Positions 27,311-38,247 of a stretch of DNA of 64,000 bases are shown here, in pieces. The first letter of the stretch is position 1. Each line of letters starts with the position of its first letter. This DNA comes from an uncultured delta proteobacterium (GTDB lineage: Bacteria; Myxococcota_A; Polyangia; Haliangiales; Haliangiaceae): NCBI GenBank assembly GCA_963848295.1, contig CAWKDB010000002.1, positions 1,152,001-1,216,000 of the forward strand, in the 5' to 3' direction. The notes beneath the pieces were generated by a model, which did not search any database, was not told where the DNA came from, and saw only the letters and a list, made by a program, of their open reading frames with translations. The translations under genes were made by a program, and so were the position numbers.

Positions 27311-27835
27311 GTGCGGCTTTACGAGCTGCAGCGGGTATTCGGCGGTCACATCCGCGACTACGCGGGTCGGCGCTGGCTAGACGCGACCATCGGCGGGCTG
27401 CGCGCGTTCGTGATTCGACGCACGACCGACGAGGGCGACGAGACGTTCGATCTCGCGATCTTCACGCCGACTACACGCGAGCGCGATCCGTTCTTCGCGC
27501 GCGACTCCGGCCACACCTGGCGGCTCGACGGCGACCCGGTGCTGCCCGTGCTGTGTGCCGGTTTTGTGTTCACCGGTTGCCATCGTGGAGTGCTGTTCGC
27601 TCGCGACACCGGCCAAGCCTCGCTGTCGGAGATGATCGGCGCGCTGTGGGAGCTCGCCCGGTTCGCGCGCGAGCCGTGGCGTCCGGTGGTCTTCAGGCGC
27701 GCCTCGGTCTGGACGCGCTATCGCACGTTCCTCGTCGATCGCGTGCTCCGCCCGGGGTGGGTCATGATCGCGCTGGTCGTGGTCATCTTGCTCGGCAGCC
27801 TCCGCGATCGCGCGCTCGACGTGACTCCGATCTAG
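27311..27835 (+). CDS. Hypothetical protein with C-terminal TM helix
   Basis: Follows the regulator directly; hydrophobic WVMIALVVVILLG. Confidence 0.55.
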   Translation: MRLYELQRVFGGHIRDYAGRRWLDATIGGLRAFVIRRTTDEGDETFDLAIFTPTTRERDPFFARDSGHTWRLDGDPVLPVLCAGFVFTGCHRGVLFARDTGQASLSEMIGALWELARFAREPWRPVVFRRASVWTRYRTFLVDRVLRPGWVMIALVVVILLGSLRDRALDVTPI

Positions 27836-27848
27836 CGATCTACCGCTT

Positions 27849-28057
27849 CGCTGCGGCTGCGGCTGCGGCACCGGCACCGGCAACGGCTGCGGCGACGGCT
27901 GCGGCACCGGCAACGGCTGCGGCTGCGGCAACGGCTGCGGCGACGGCACCGGCCCCGGCACCGGCGACGGCTGCGGCACCGGATTCGGATTCGGATTCGG
28001 ATTCGGATTCGGATTCGGATTCGGATTCGGATTCGGATTCGGTACGGATTCGGCTCC
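27849..28057. repeat. Degenerate hexamer tract 1 (21 x GGCNNC, then 10 x GGATTC)
   Basis: Units GGCTGC/GGCACC/GGCAAC/GGCGAC/GGCCCC at 27855-27980, then perfect GGATTC at 27981-28040. Confidence 0.95.
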
Positions 28058-28107
28058 CGCTTCGGCGATCCGGCAAAGGGTGCCGGAATCAGCGCCGGCG
28101 CGCGCGC

Positions 28108-28428
28108 TCACCGCGTGAGCCTGAACAGCATCGCGCGCACGCGATCGAGTGGCGTCTCGATGGCGGCCAAGTCCTCGGCGGTGATGTAGCCGCGTGCCCT
28201 CGCGATGAGCAGTGCGGTCGACAGCTCGCGCGCGCTGCCGAAGGCGCGGCGGAACATGTCGGGCCGATCGAGCCCGGCGCGCGCGCTCGCCTCGGCGATG
28301 TTGAGCGCAATGCTCTCGGCGGCGCGGCCGATCTCGTCGGCGAGCGACTTGCGCCGCGATCGGAGCTTCGGCTCGACCGGGGCGAGCTGTTCGAGGACGG
28401 TGAGCGATTGAGCGAGGACGTCGAGCAT
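28108..28428 (-). CDS. Four-helix-bundle protein (23S rRNA IVP / bAvd-like), copy 1
   Basis: LADEIGRAAESIALNIAEA...FRRAFGSARELSTAL family signature; AAAGG RBS; 106 aa. Confidence 0.9.
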   Translation of the reverse strand: MLDVLAQSLTVLEQLAPVEPKLRSRRKSLADEIGRAAESIALNIAEASARAGLDRPDMFRRAFGSARELSTALLIARARGYITAEDLAAIETPLDRVRAMLFRLTR

Positions 28429-28449
28429 GGTGTTGCCTTTCGTGGATGA

Positions 28450-28651
28450 GCGGACGCCCGATTCGCCGGGGCCGTCTCGCCCGTCGCGCCGCACTCGCGC
28501 CGGCGCCGTGACGAGCGCAGGCACAAATCTCCGCACGCGTCGGTCGATCCAACTCTGCGGCGGTCGTTCGCACGCGTCGGTGGTCTCGGCGCTCGGCGCG
28601 GTGCTGGCGCGAAGCGGCGCAGGGCGACGGCCCCGGCGAATCGGTGCGCCG
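28450..28651 (-). ncRNA. Putative structured 5' leader (long rod-like hairpin) of four-helix gene 1
   Basis: Perfect 19-bp basal stem CCGATTCGCCGGGGCCGTC/GACGGCCCCGGCGAATCGG (28458-28476 with 28626-28644) plus inner stems; homologous to 28929-29125. Confidence 0.7.
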
Positions 28652-28668
28652 CGAGCGCGAAAGGTGGC

Positions 28669-28896
<228 letters not shown>

Positions 28897-28928
28897 GGCC
28901 TTGGAACACTCGACGCTCCTTCGCTCGC

Positions 28929-29125
28929 GCCGATGGGCGGAACGTCTCTCTCGCCCTGCGCCGCTTCGCGCTTGTCCCGCGCCGAGCGCCGAGTGCGCCG
29001 GCGTGTGAGAGCGACCGCCGCGGAGTTGATCGGCCGGCGAGTGCGGTGGTCAGCGCCCGCGCTCGTCACGGGACCCGCGCGAGTGCGGCGCGACGGGCGA
29101 GAGAGAGACGTTCCTACCCATCGGC
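28929..29125 (+). ncRNA. Putative structured 5' leader (long rod-like hairpin) of four-helix gene 2
   Basis: Basal stem GCCGATGGG..GGAACGTCTCTCTC / GAGAGAGACGTTCC..CCCATCGGC; the core aligns with the reverse complement of 28458-28644. Confidence 0.7.
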
Positions 29126-29146
29126 CACTCACCTCGGAGGATCTTC

Positions 29147-29470
29147 ATGTCGTTCTACGCCCTCGACTTCGCCCTCGCCGTCCTGCACCAGCTCGCCCCG
29201 ATCGAGGCCAAGGTCCGCCGCACGCGCAAGTCACTCGCCGACGAGATCGTCCGCGCCGGCGAGAGCGTCGCGCTCAACCTCAGCGAAGGCCGCATGCGCA
29301 TCGGGCTCGATCGCCCCGACTTCTTTCGCCGCGCCGCCGGCAGCGCGAGCGAGCTCACCACCGCGCTGCTCATCGCGCAGGCGCGCGGCATCATCTCCGC
29401 CGAGGACTTCGCGGCGGTCGACGAGCCGCTCGACCACGTCCGCGCCATCCTCTGGCGGCTCACGCACTAG
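29147..29470 (+). CDS. Four-helix-bundle protein (23S rRNA IVP / bAvd-like), copy 2
   Basis: LADEIVRAGESVALNLSEG...FRRAAGSASELTTAL; GGAGG RBS; clear paralog of copy 1. Confidence 0.9.
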   Translation: MSFYALDFALAVLHQLAPIEAKVRRTRKSLADEIVRAGESVALNLSEGRMRIGLDRPDFFRRAAGSASELTTALLIAQARGIISAEDFAAVDEPLDHVRAILWRLTH

Positions 29471-29645
29471 CGTTTGCGCCGGCCTCCGCGCCGGCCAACC
29501 CGATTTTTCGGCACCCTTCGCGCAACGCAAACGACAGCCCGGTGCGCCCGGCGGTGCCAGGCGTAAGCAGGATGTCAGCGCGAGAGCTCGCCTCGTAAAC
29601 TGCAGGATCCCGATAAACGTGTCACCAATGTCTTGAGCACTTCCA

Positions 29646-30653
<1,008 letters not shown>

Positions 30654-30777
30654 GCCCGGAGCATCGCACGGCCCAGCAGGATCAGCCCATCGCCGAGTTG
30701 CCGGTGTTCACCGCGAGTCAAGTCGCCTGCGGTGAACGCGCCGTCGAGCCAGTCGGCATCATCCTTCTCGGCTAATC

Positions 30778-31953
30778 CTACGGCCGAGTCGACCGCAGCG
30801 CGTAGGCGCGGAGGGACGCGCTCGGTGGCGTCGCCGGCCGATGACGACCGCGCGCACGCGGCGTCGTACACAGCGGACCGACATCGTGCAACGCGACGCC
30901 CCAGCTGCCGTCGGCGCGCAGTCCGGCGACGCCGTAGCGCAACACGCCATCGAGCTGGCCGGTATGCGACTTGTCACCGAACGTGCTCGACGGCAAGCCG
31001 ACGACCGCGACCGGTGCATCGGGATCACCGAACGTGCCGGCGGTGAGCGAATGGCGATGACCGTGGCAGACCAGCACGTGGTTGCGGCGATCGCGCCGGC
31101 GATACGCGATCACGATCGCCGCGAACCGATCGGAGTCGACCGCGGTGTTGTACCAGGCGTCGGGTTGCGCGAACTCGCGGTCGCGCCACACGTGATGGTG
31201 AGTGACGCACAACACCGGACCGCGCGAGCCCGCGAGCACCTCCTCGAGTCGATCGAGCTGGGGGTCGCCGAATCGCCCGATCGCATTCGACAGGACGTGG
31301 GTCGAACGATGCCGACACGAGTCGAGCAAGATGATCGTGGCCGGGCCAGCATCACCGACGATCGCATCGACGAGCGGGAACTCGCCGAGCGGGCCGGCGT
31401 GGCGTTGGTAGGCTTGCTCGCGCCGAGCTCGGCGCACGAGGTCGTAGTCTTCGTCGAACGGACGGTTGAAGCAAATGTCGTGATTGCCGGGCACCATTCG
31501 ATGTGACAGCCCGGGGACGTCGTCGATCACCCCTCGCAGCGTCGCCCATTCGGCGGCGTCGCCGGTGTCGACCTCGTCGCCGCACCAGATCACGGTCCGA
31601 GCCGAGTGCCGCGCGACGTGACCGAGGACCCGGCGGACGCCGCTCGCGATCTCGCCGCCGGTCGGCAACGCACGCCACGGCCATTGCCCCGGATCGAGCT
31701 CGAGCTCGCACGGCGCGGCGCGCGGGGCCACGACGTGGGTATCGGACACCAAGCTGCAGACTTCGACGAGCTGGTCCGCCGCGACGAGCAGCTCTGGGCA
31801 CGAGCGCAGCACCGGCGCGCGCCGAACACGAAGGCCCACCTCGATCGCGACTCGCAGCCCGGGTAACGCGAGCCCGGGCCGGCGCGCCACGTACGACGCG
31901 GTCAGCGCTAGCAACGACGCCGGGCCGCGCAGCCAGTCGCGAATCGCCACCAC
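30778..31953 (-). CDS. Calcineurin-like metallophosphoesterase
   Basis: SDTH, CGDEVD, PGNHD, THHH and CHGHRH motifs. Confidence 0.9.
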   Translation of the reverse strand: MVAIRDWLRGPASLLALTASYVARRPGLALPGLRVAIEVGLRVRRAPVLRSCPELLVAADQLVEVCSLVSDTHVVAPRAAPCELELDPGQWPWRALPTGGEIASGVRRVLGHVARHSARTVIWCGDEVDTGDAAEWATLRGVIDDVPGLSHRMVPGNHDICFNRPFDEDYDLVRRARREQAYQRHAGPLGEFPLVDAIVGDAGPATIILLDSCRHRSTHVLSNAIGRFGDPQLDRLEEVLAGSRGPVLCVTHHHVWRDREFAQPDAWYNTAVDSDRFAAIVIAYRRRDRRNHVLVCHGHRHSLTAGTFGDPDAPVAVVGLPSSTFGDKSHTGQLDGVLRYGVAGLRADGSWGVALHDVGPLCTTPRARGRHRPATPPSASLRAYALRSTRP

Positions 31954-32058
31954 CGGAGCACACCACGGCTCCGCGACAACTCTGCGACGCGACGATCACG
32001 GGACGGTGAGACCTCGCTACACTCGTGGCGTCAAGCAAACGTGCGGCTTCGCCCGGCG

Positions 32059-32529
32059 CTACGCCGGCGGCGCGAGCAGCTCTTCGGCGATCTTCTTCGC
32101 CAACGCCGCATCGGCCTTGTCGCCGTACTGCTTCTTGATCGCGCCGATCACGCGACCGGCCATCTTCGGATCCTTTTGCGGCAGCTCGGCGACCGCCTTG
32201 GCGACTGCCTCGCGCAGCTCGGCCTCGGTCATCTGCGCCGGCAAGAACCTCGCGCACCACTCGAGCTCGAAGTCGATCTCGACGACCTGCGCCTTGCCCC
32301 GATCGCCGGCGGCGACGAACTCGACGCGCGCCTTCTCCATCTGCTTCTTGTACGCGCTGATGACGTCGAGGATCAGCGCATCATCGACCTGGCCGGTGAA
32401 GCCCTTCGCGGTCCGCCGCTCCATGATCTTGGTATTGATCATGCGGACGAGGTTCGCGGTCCGCGAATCCTTGGCCTTCATCGCCGCCGTGAGCTGCTCG
32501 CGCAGCTGCGCTTCGAGGTTCGTCGCCAT
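32059..32529 (-). CDS. yqeY: GatB/YqeY domain protein
   Basis: LTAAMKAKD...FLPAQMTEAEL...MAGRVIG pattern. Confidence 0.9.
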   Translation of the reverse strand: MATNLEAQLREQLTAAMKAKDSRTANLVRMINTKIMERRTAKGFTGQVDDALILDVISAYKKQMEKARVEFVAAGDRGKAQVVEIDFELEWCARFLPAQMTEAELREAVAKAVAELPQKDPKMAGRVIGAIKKQYGDKADAALAKKIAEELLAPPA

Positions 32530-32538
32530 CTCGACGAC

Positions 32539-33846
32539 TTACCACAGCCGCGACTGCGCTGCCGGCGTGACTCGCCGCCGCTGCTTGCCGCGCCGAGCTC
32601 CCCGGTGAGGCTCGCGCCGGGTGGGCGCCTGCAACGCCCAGGTATGGAGCACCGCCGAGCCCGGCGTCGACAACACCATCGCGATCGGGTCGATGGCCGG
32701 GACAAGTGCGGGATCGATCGGCGCGCGAGCCGGCTCGCGCTGATCGCCCGCGCCGACCTCACCCGCGACCGCGACGCGCAGCCGCTGCGCGCCAGGGGGC
32801 AGCTCGTTCAGCACCGGTGCGAGCACGCGAGCGATCACTTCGGCGTCGCTCGCCGCCGGCAGATCGATCACCAGCTCGCGCTCGCCGACCGCGATCTCGA
32901 GCCGGGTGGCGAGCCGTCCGCGACCGGCGAGCCGTAGCGCGATCCGACGCGCGACCAATGCGACCGCGGCCGGGCCGCTGACGAGCCCCGCTCCCTCGAG
33001 CAAGCCCGCGGTCGTGATGACGTCTTCTCGAATCGCCGCGTCCGGGACGTACGCGCGCAACCCGGCTCCGCCCTCGCCGCGCGCGAGCCCTTGGTAATCG
33101 GCTTCGAACGGCCGCGCCACCGACGGCGCCGGCAGCGCGGCGAACTCGCCGAGCGTGCGAACGCCGAGCGCCTCGAGCATGTGCTGGACCTCGGGTGCGA
33201 TCGCGAGCAGCGCGAGCGGGCGCGGCGACAAGAACGCCGCCGAGCCTCCGCGCGGCACGGCGATCACCCCGGCATCATCGCCGCCGAGATGCGCCGCCGC
33301 GACCCACGCGGTGAATCGATCATCGGCGATGCCGACGCGCCCGGTGACGCCGAGCTCGTCGAGCAGCGCGATCACCCGCTCGCCGTAGCTGTGACCGCGG
33401 AGCTTCGCCGGCACTTCGGTGTACATCGCGAGGTGTGCGCCGCCGGCGCCGAGCCGGCCGCCGACGTCGACCGTGGGTGTGGCCGCCAACAACGAATCGG
33501 CGATCGCTCGTACGGTCTCGCGCTCGACCGCGGCTTCCGCGGCTACGATCCGAACGCCACCGCCCATCGCGCGCGCCGCCGCAGCGGTCATGCCGAGCCG
33601 CACGCCGAGGCCCCAGGCCGCGCGCGAGCACGCGACGACGACGGGCGAGTGCAACGCTCCGGACCGTTCGCGATCGAGTGCTCCGGGGGTCTTCGCGACG
33701 GACAGCCGATCGATCGATCGAGGCCCGCCGGCAGAACGCGGCTCGCTCCCGCCGACGATCGCGACCGGCGCCCCGCGCAGCGAAGGATCGACGCGGGTCG
33801 CGCTTTGGAGTGCGAACTGGGGGATGTGGATGCAAGCGATGCGCAT
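32539..33846 (-). CDS. imuB: ImuB-like inactive Y-family polymerase
   Basis: MRIACIHIPQFALQ, VACSRAAWGLGVRLGMT..AARA, FLSPRPLALL and LEALGVRTLGEFAALP; the catalytic Asp motifs of DinB are absent. Confidence 0.75.
   Translation of the reverse strand: MRIACIHIPQFALQSATRVDPSLRGAPVAIVGGSEPRSAGGPRSIDRLSVAKTPGALDRERSGALHSPVVVACSRAAWGLGVRLGMTAAAARAMGGGVRIVAAEAAVERETVRAIADSLLAATPTVDVGGRLGAGGAHLAMYTEVPAKLRGHSYGERVIALLDELGVTGRVGIADDRFTAWVAAAHLGGDDAGVIAVPRGGSAAFLSPRPLALLAIAPEVQHMLEALGVRTLGEFAALPAPSVARPFEADYQGLARGEGGAGLRAYVPDAAIREDVITTAGLLEGAGLVSGPAAVALVARRIALRLAGRGRLATRLEIAVGERELVIDLPAASDAEVIARVLAPVLNELPPGAQRLRVAVAGEVGAGDQREPARAPIDPALVPAIDPIAMVLSTPGSAVLHTWALQAPTRREPHRGARRGKQRRRVTPAAQSRLW
33664..33722. 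repeat. Intragenic palindromic insert in imuB (family 2)
   Basis: CCGTTCGCGA...TCGCGACGG stem; the 3' part CGGACAGCCGATCGATCGATCGAG is 23/24 identical to 37581-37604. Confidence 0.6.
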
Positions 33847-33864
33847 GCGAGAAACGCTACCTGA

Positions 33865-33884
33865 CTGGTCTGATGTTCAGTATA
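33865..33884 (-). promoter_or_regulatory. imuB -10 box (TATACT) overlapping a candidate LexA box
   Basis: CTGGTC-TGAT-GTTCAG at 33865-33880 contains the GTTCAG half-site of the myxobacterial LexA motif; minus-strand TGG-TATACT at 33887-33879. Confidence 0.5.
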
Positions 33885-33966
33885 CCAGCTGCGGCTCGCG
33901 AGGCACCTTTATATCTAGGTTTGGTCTGTTGTAACTATTTGATCTTAGATGGAGATCTTCCGGAAA

Positions 33967-33990
33967 TTGATCAATTGATCAATTGATCAA
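33967..33990. repeat. (TTGATCAA)x3 perfect 24-bp palindrome in an AT-rich patch
   Basis: Seen directly. Confidence 0.9.
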
Positions 33991-34938
33991 CAGGCGACAG
34001 GCAACAGGCAATGCCGGAGGGCCGGGCTCGCGGCTCAGCCGGCCATGCGGAGCGGCAGGTCGGCGGCGGCGAGCTGATCGAGCTCGGTCGAGCACCGCAG
34101 CCATCGTCGGCCGCAGCGCTGGCTCCTTCGCGAGCATGCGCAGGACCAAACGCTCGAGCGTCGCCGACACTCCGGACCGCAGCCAAGACGGGCGGGCCGG
34201 CCGCGCGTCGGCGTGCGAGATCATCAGCTCCGGCAGCGAGCCGGCAAAGGGAACGTCGCCGGTGATCAGCTCGAACAGCGTGCAGCCGAGCGCATAGACA
34301 TCGCACGCCACTCCGGGCTCGCCGCGCCACTGCTCCGGTGCCATGTAGGCGGGGGTGCCGGCGATGCCGTGATCACCCGGCGGCGGCTCGTCGACGAAGC
34401 GCGACACGCCGAAGTCGAGCACCTTGAGCGCGCCCGATCGCAGCACGAGCATGTTCTCCGGTTTGACGTCGCAGTGAACGACGCCGGCCGCGTGGAGCGC
34501 GGCGATCGCCGCCGCCGCTTGGCCACCCCACGTGATGACCGCGGTCAGCGCGAGTGGGTCGAGCTCGAGCGCGATGTCGGCGAGCGTCTCGCCCTCGAGG
34601 TACTCCATCACCAGATACGGGATGTCATCGAGGTTGCGAGCTGCATCACGGATGTCGACCAAGCCCGGGTGACGGGCGCGCTGCGAGACCGCGTGCTCGC
34701 CGAACAGCCGGCGCACGACCTCGGCGTGATCCGCGAACCTCGGATCGAGCACCTTGAGCGCCACTCGGTCGCCGGTCTCGACATCGGCTGCCAGATAGAC
34801 ACCACCCATCCCGCCGCTCGCGAGGGGGGCGACGAGCTCGTAGTTGCCGAACCGCGCACCGAAGCGACGCCAATCCGGACGGGCGAGCGGCAAGATGCGA
34901 CCGTGCACGGTGCCGAGCGGGATCGTCGCATCGCCCAT
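33979..34938 (-). CDS. Cytoplasmic Ser/Thr protein kinase (probable frameshift near the 3' end)
   Basis: ASGGMGGVY, VALKVL, HCDVKPEN, DFG and APE motifs. The alternative frame near 34090 gives a cleaner end ELDQLAAADLPLRMAG*. Confidence 0.88.
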   Translation of the reverse strand: MGDATIPLGTVHGRILPLARPDWRRFGARFGNYELVAPLASGGMGGVYLAADVETGDRVALKVLDPRFADHAEVVRRLFGEHAVSQRARHPGLVDIRDAARNLDDIPYLVMEYLEGETLADIALELDPLALTAVITWGGQAAAAIAALHAAGVVHCDVKPENMLVLRSGALKVLDFGVSRFVDEPPPGDHGIAGTPAYMAPEQWRGEPGVACDVYALGCTLFELITGDVPFAGSLPELMISHADARPARPSWLRSGVSATLERLVLRMLAKEPALRPTMAAVLDRARSARRRRPAAPHGRLSREPGPPALPVACRLLIN

Positions 34939-34950
34939 GGACCGACGCAG

Positions 34951-34966
34951 TGCACTGGCAATGCCA
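34951..34966 (-). promoter_or_regulatory. Putative sigma54 promoter of the kinase gene
   Basis: Minus strand TGGCATTGCCAGTGCA (GG-N10-GC); ATG 14 nt after the -12 C. Confidence 0.6.
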
Positions 34967-35202
34967 CATCGCGGTTTCGTGCGCACCCTCGCCGTCCGCG
35001 AGCTAACTCCTCGGGACTGCCGAATGGTGCGAACCGCCTACTGACAGAAAACTGAGCGCCAGGGTGTGGCGATGTCGCGACAAGCTGACGGCGCACATTC
35101 ACGCCGCTACGCACGCGTCGCGCAGGTTCATCCGCTGTCAGGAATTGCAGGGCAACCTCGAGTGTTTCAGATCCGTCTCGACGGTCGCGCGTTACGACGT
35201 CG

Positions 35203-36732
35203 TTAGAGGTCGACGCCTTCTCCCGCACACGCATCGGTGGTGCGTTGCTTGACGTCGCCGGTCAGTCCGACGGCGAGCTGCCGTGCACGCCGCGCATCGC
35301 GCCGGCGACAGGCAGCGATCGCCGCGTGCCCGCGATCGTCGGCGCGCAACGAGATCGAGGTCGCCTTGCTCTCGGGGACGCTCGCCGGATCCGCGCGCTC
35401 GATCCCGAGCGCACCACTCATCAACACCGCGTAGACGTCGCCGACCGCGAGGCCTTGCGCGACCATGCGATCGACCAACGCGAGGTGAGTGTCGATCGCC
35501 TTGGCCATCCGGTCCGGATCGATCGCGCCGGGAACCGCTTGGCCGTTGATGAACAACGTCGGCGTGCCGGTGACCCCGAGCGCCTCGGCCGACGCCGCCT
35601 CCGCCATCACGACGTCGCGGTACCGCCGATCGTCGAGCGCGGCCTTGAATGCGTCGAGGTCCAGGCCGATCGTACGCGCGTAGGTCTCGAGATCCGCGCG
35701 CGTCAGGTGACCGAAGTTGAGGAACACCTGATCGTGGAACTCCCAGAACTTGCCCTGCATCGCGGCGGCGACGCCGGCTTCAGCGGCGAGCTCGGCGTTG
35801 CGATGACCCATGACCGGAAAGTGACGATAGATGACCCGGATCTTGTCGCCGTACTTGAGCCGCGCCTGCGCGAGCACCGGCGCCTCGTGCTGGCAGTACG
35901 GGCACTGAAAGTCACTCCACTCGACGATCGTGACCGGCGCGTCGTCCGGGCCGATCTGGTGGCCGGGAAGGCCGACGCCGACGCGATACAGCTTCGTGGT
36001 CACCAGCTCGCTCACCTGGTTCGTCGTCTCGGGTGGCGCATCGGCCGTGGGTTTGCCGCCGGCGACCATCGCGGCGTAGAGGTCGGTGATGCCGGGCTGC
36101 GCCGCGCGCAGTTCGCGGGCGTGGACGAGCTCTTCTTCGACCATCGCGGCGAACACCCGCAGCGGCTGGCTGCCGTGCACCGGCCGGCCGTTCATGAAGA
36201 ACGCCGGCGTGCCACTGACGCCGAGCGTACGGGCATCGTTGATGTCGGCCGCGATCGCGTCGCGATACGTGCCGCTGTCGAGATCGGCGCGGAACCGCAC
36301 CATGTCCAGACCGAGCTCGCGCGCGATCAGCTCGATCGTCGCGCGATCGACCTTGCCCTGCGCCGCGAACAACCGGTCGTGCATCGGCCGGAACCGGCCT
36401 TGCGCGGCGGCTGCGAGCGCGCCTTCGAACGCGACGACGTTGTCGTCGTCGAGCGGCAACGCGCGATGCACGATCCGGACTTGCCCCGGGTACAAGCGGC
36501 GCAGCTTGTCGAGCGTCGGCTGGGCGTAGTTGCAGAACCCGCACGCGTAATCGCTCCACTCGACGATCGTGATCGGTGCGTTCGCGGGGCCTTCGGCCGG
36601 CGACGCGCCACGCGGCACGTTGTAGGTGGTCGCGGGATCGAAGCTCAAGCCGCCGCCGCGGCGGGTCATCGGATCGGCATGCGCGGTGGCGCAAGCGATC
36701 GCGATCGCGACACAGCCAGCGACGGCGCGCAT
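35203..36732 (-). CDS. Secreted tandem DsbA/thioredoxin-fold protein
   Basis: Two domains, with SDYACGFC and SDFQCPYC, each followed by GVxGTP; signal peptide. Confidence 0.92.
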   Translation of the reverse strand: MRAVAGCVAIAIACATAHADPMTRRGGGLSFDPATTYNVPRGASPAEGPANAPITIVEWSDYACGFCNYAQPTLDKLRRLYPGQVRIVHRALPLDDDNVVAFEGALAAAAQGRFRPMHDRLFAAQGKVDRATIELIARELGLDMVRFRADLDSGTYRDAIAADINDARTLGVSGTPAFFMNGRPVHGSQPLRVFAAMVEEELVHARELRAAQPGITDLYAAMVAGGKPTADAPPETTNQVSELVTTKLYRVGVGLPGHQIGPDDAPVTIVEWSDFQCPYCQHEAPVLAQARLKYGDKIRVIYRHFPVMGHRNAELAAEAGVAAAMQGKFWEFHDQVFLNFGHLTRADLETYARTIGLDLDAFKAALDDRRYRDVVMAEAASAEALGVTGTPTLFINGQAVPGAIDPDRMAKAIDTHLALVDRMVAQGLAVGDVYAVLMSGALGIERADPASVPESKATSISLRADDRGHAAIAACRRRDARRARQLAVGLTGDVKQRTTDACAGEGVDL

Positions 36733-36737
36733 CGAGA

Positions 36738-37256
36738 TCACTTCGTGATCGTGCCGCACCCGATGCGGCTGCCGGCGTTGCCCGACGGGTCGCTCTTCAT
36801 GTCGTCGGCCTTCGCGTGGATGACGAGCGCGGTGCCGCCGCCGGTGAACACCGAGTGCGGGCCGTCGGCGAGGGTGAGGTTCGCCGCCATGACCGTGGTC
36901 TTCGCGGCGCCCTTCTTGTCGGCGGTGAAGTTCGGCATGTCGCCGGCGTGCGGTCCCGCCGGGTTGTTCAGCCCGTGGTGCTTGTTGTCGGGGTTGAAGT
37001 GACCACCGGCCGACTTGAAGTCGGGGCCGTCGCACTTCGCGGTCTGGTGTACGTGAATCGCGTGAACCCCCGGGGGCAGACCGTGGAGGTCGAGCGCGAT
37101 CGACACGCCGCCCTTGCCCTCGGTGAGCGTCGCCGTCCCGAGGCTCTTGCCCTTGCCGTCGGCGATCTTGACCGTGACCGGCTTGCTGGTATCGGCGAGC
37201 GCGGCCACCGGAGTTGCGATCAGCGCGAGCGAGAGCGTCATCGTGGAGAGTTTCAT
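36738..37256 (-). CDS. sodC: Cu/Zn superoxide dismutase
   Basis: [27 protein letters not shown] and GSRIGCG motifs; signal peptide. Confidence 0.95.
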   Translation of the reverse strand: MKLSTMTLSLALIATPVAALADTSKPVTVKIADGKGKSLGTATLTEGKGGVSIALDLHGLPPGVHAIHVHQTAKCDGPDFKSAGGHFNPDNKHHGLNNPAGPHAGDMPNFTADKKGAAKTTVMAANLTLADGPHSVFTGGGTALVIHAKADDMKSDPSGNAGSRIGCGTITK

Positions 37257-37268
37257 GGCCATGGCATA

Positions 37269-37806
37269 TCACCAGCGGGCGACTTGTTCGAGCAGCAAAC
37301 GGGCCAGCTGTGCGCCGCGTGGACCGGTCCCGGTGAGCCCGAGCGCACGCCCAGCGGGGTCGTGAGCCAGCTCGATGCGCAGGTGATCGGCTGGAACGAC
37401 ATCCCAGCGATCGGCCCACTCGACGATGACGACGCCGCGCGGATCGCCGAACAGCTCGTCGAGCCCCAGTTCCTGGAGCTCCGCCGCGCGCTCGATCCGA
37501 TACAGGTCGACGTGCCAGACGATCAGCGGGCGCCGTTCCGGCGGCCCTTCGCTCCAAGGATTCGGCCATCCTTGCTTCGCCGGACGGCCGATCGATCGAT
37601 CGAGCTCAGGGCGATATTCATGGACGAGCGCGAACGTCGGGCTGTGGGCGCCCGGAGCGCCGAGCGCGCGCGGCCAGGCCGGCGACCAACGTGGTCTTGC
37701 CGGCACCGAGATCGCCCACGAGCGCGATCGCGTCACCACCGCAGACGAGCGCCGCGAGCGCCGTGCCGACCCGCGCGGTGGCGTCGGCATCGGCCAGCAG
37801 GATCAT
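37269..37806 (-). CDS. tsaE: tRNA t6A biosynthesis ATPase TsaE (frameshift near 37672; in-frame insert)
   Basis: GDLGAGKTT in one frame; SPTFALVHEY, HVDLYR and IVEWA in another. Confidence 0.9.
37532..37604. repeat. Intragenic palindromic insert in tsaE (family 2)
   Basis: GCCGTTCCGGCG/CGCCGGACGGC outer stem, CAAGGAT/ATCCTTG inner stem, then CGATCGATCGATCGAG. Confidence 0.65.
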
Positions 37807-38213
37807 GCGAGCTCGGCGGCGAGCTTGTCGTCCCACTTGTCGGCGGTCTGCGCGATCGAGTGCACGACGTCCTCGAACTCCTCGTAGTCGAGGCCTTCGA
37901 GCCCGCGCAGGATCCGCAGGTACAAGTCGCCGGTCTGCGGATGGAGCGCGAACGCCGCGTCGCCGGTCTCGACGAACGAGGCCGCGAGCAAGCGCTTCGC
38001 CTTCGCTTCGTCGAGCGCGGGCGCTTGCGCGACGCGCGCGAGCAGCAACAAGACGCCGCGATCCGCGAGCACGTGGATCGTCACTACCGCCGAGCCGCGC
38101 TGGATCGAACCGACGCCATCGGCGGACAGCGCCGGCAGCGTGAGGTTTCGTTCGCGGCCGAACCGCGCGAGAAACTCGGCTACGCGGGCGCGCGGATCGT
38201 CGTCATTCTCCAT
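37803..38213 (-). CDS. CesT/YbjN-like type III chaperone-fold protein
   Basis: About 135 aa, acidic; LLAASFVETGDAAFAL..GDLYL and C-terminal helix EEFEDVV..ADKW. Confidence 0.7.
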   Translation of the reverse strand: MENDDDPRARVAEFLARFGRERNLTLPALSADGVGSIQRGSAVVTIHVLADRGVLLLLARVAQAPALDEAKAKRLLAASFVETGDAAFALHPQTGDLYLRILRGLEGLDYEEFEDVVHSIAQTADKWDDKLAAELA

Positions 38214-38247
38214 GGGCGTGCAGCCTATCAAAGTTGTATAGAGAGGC

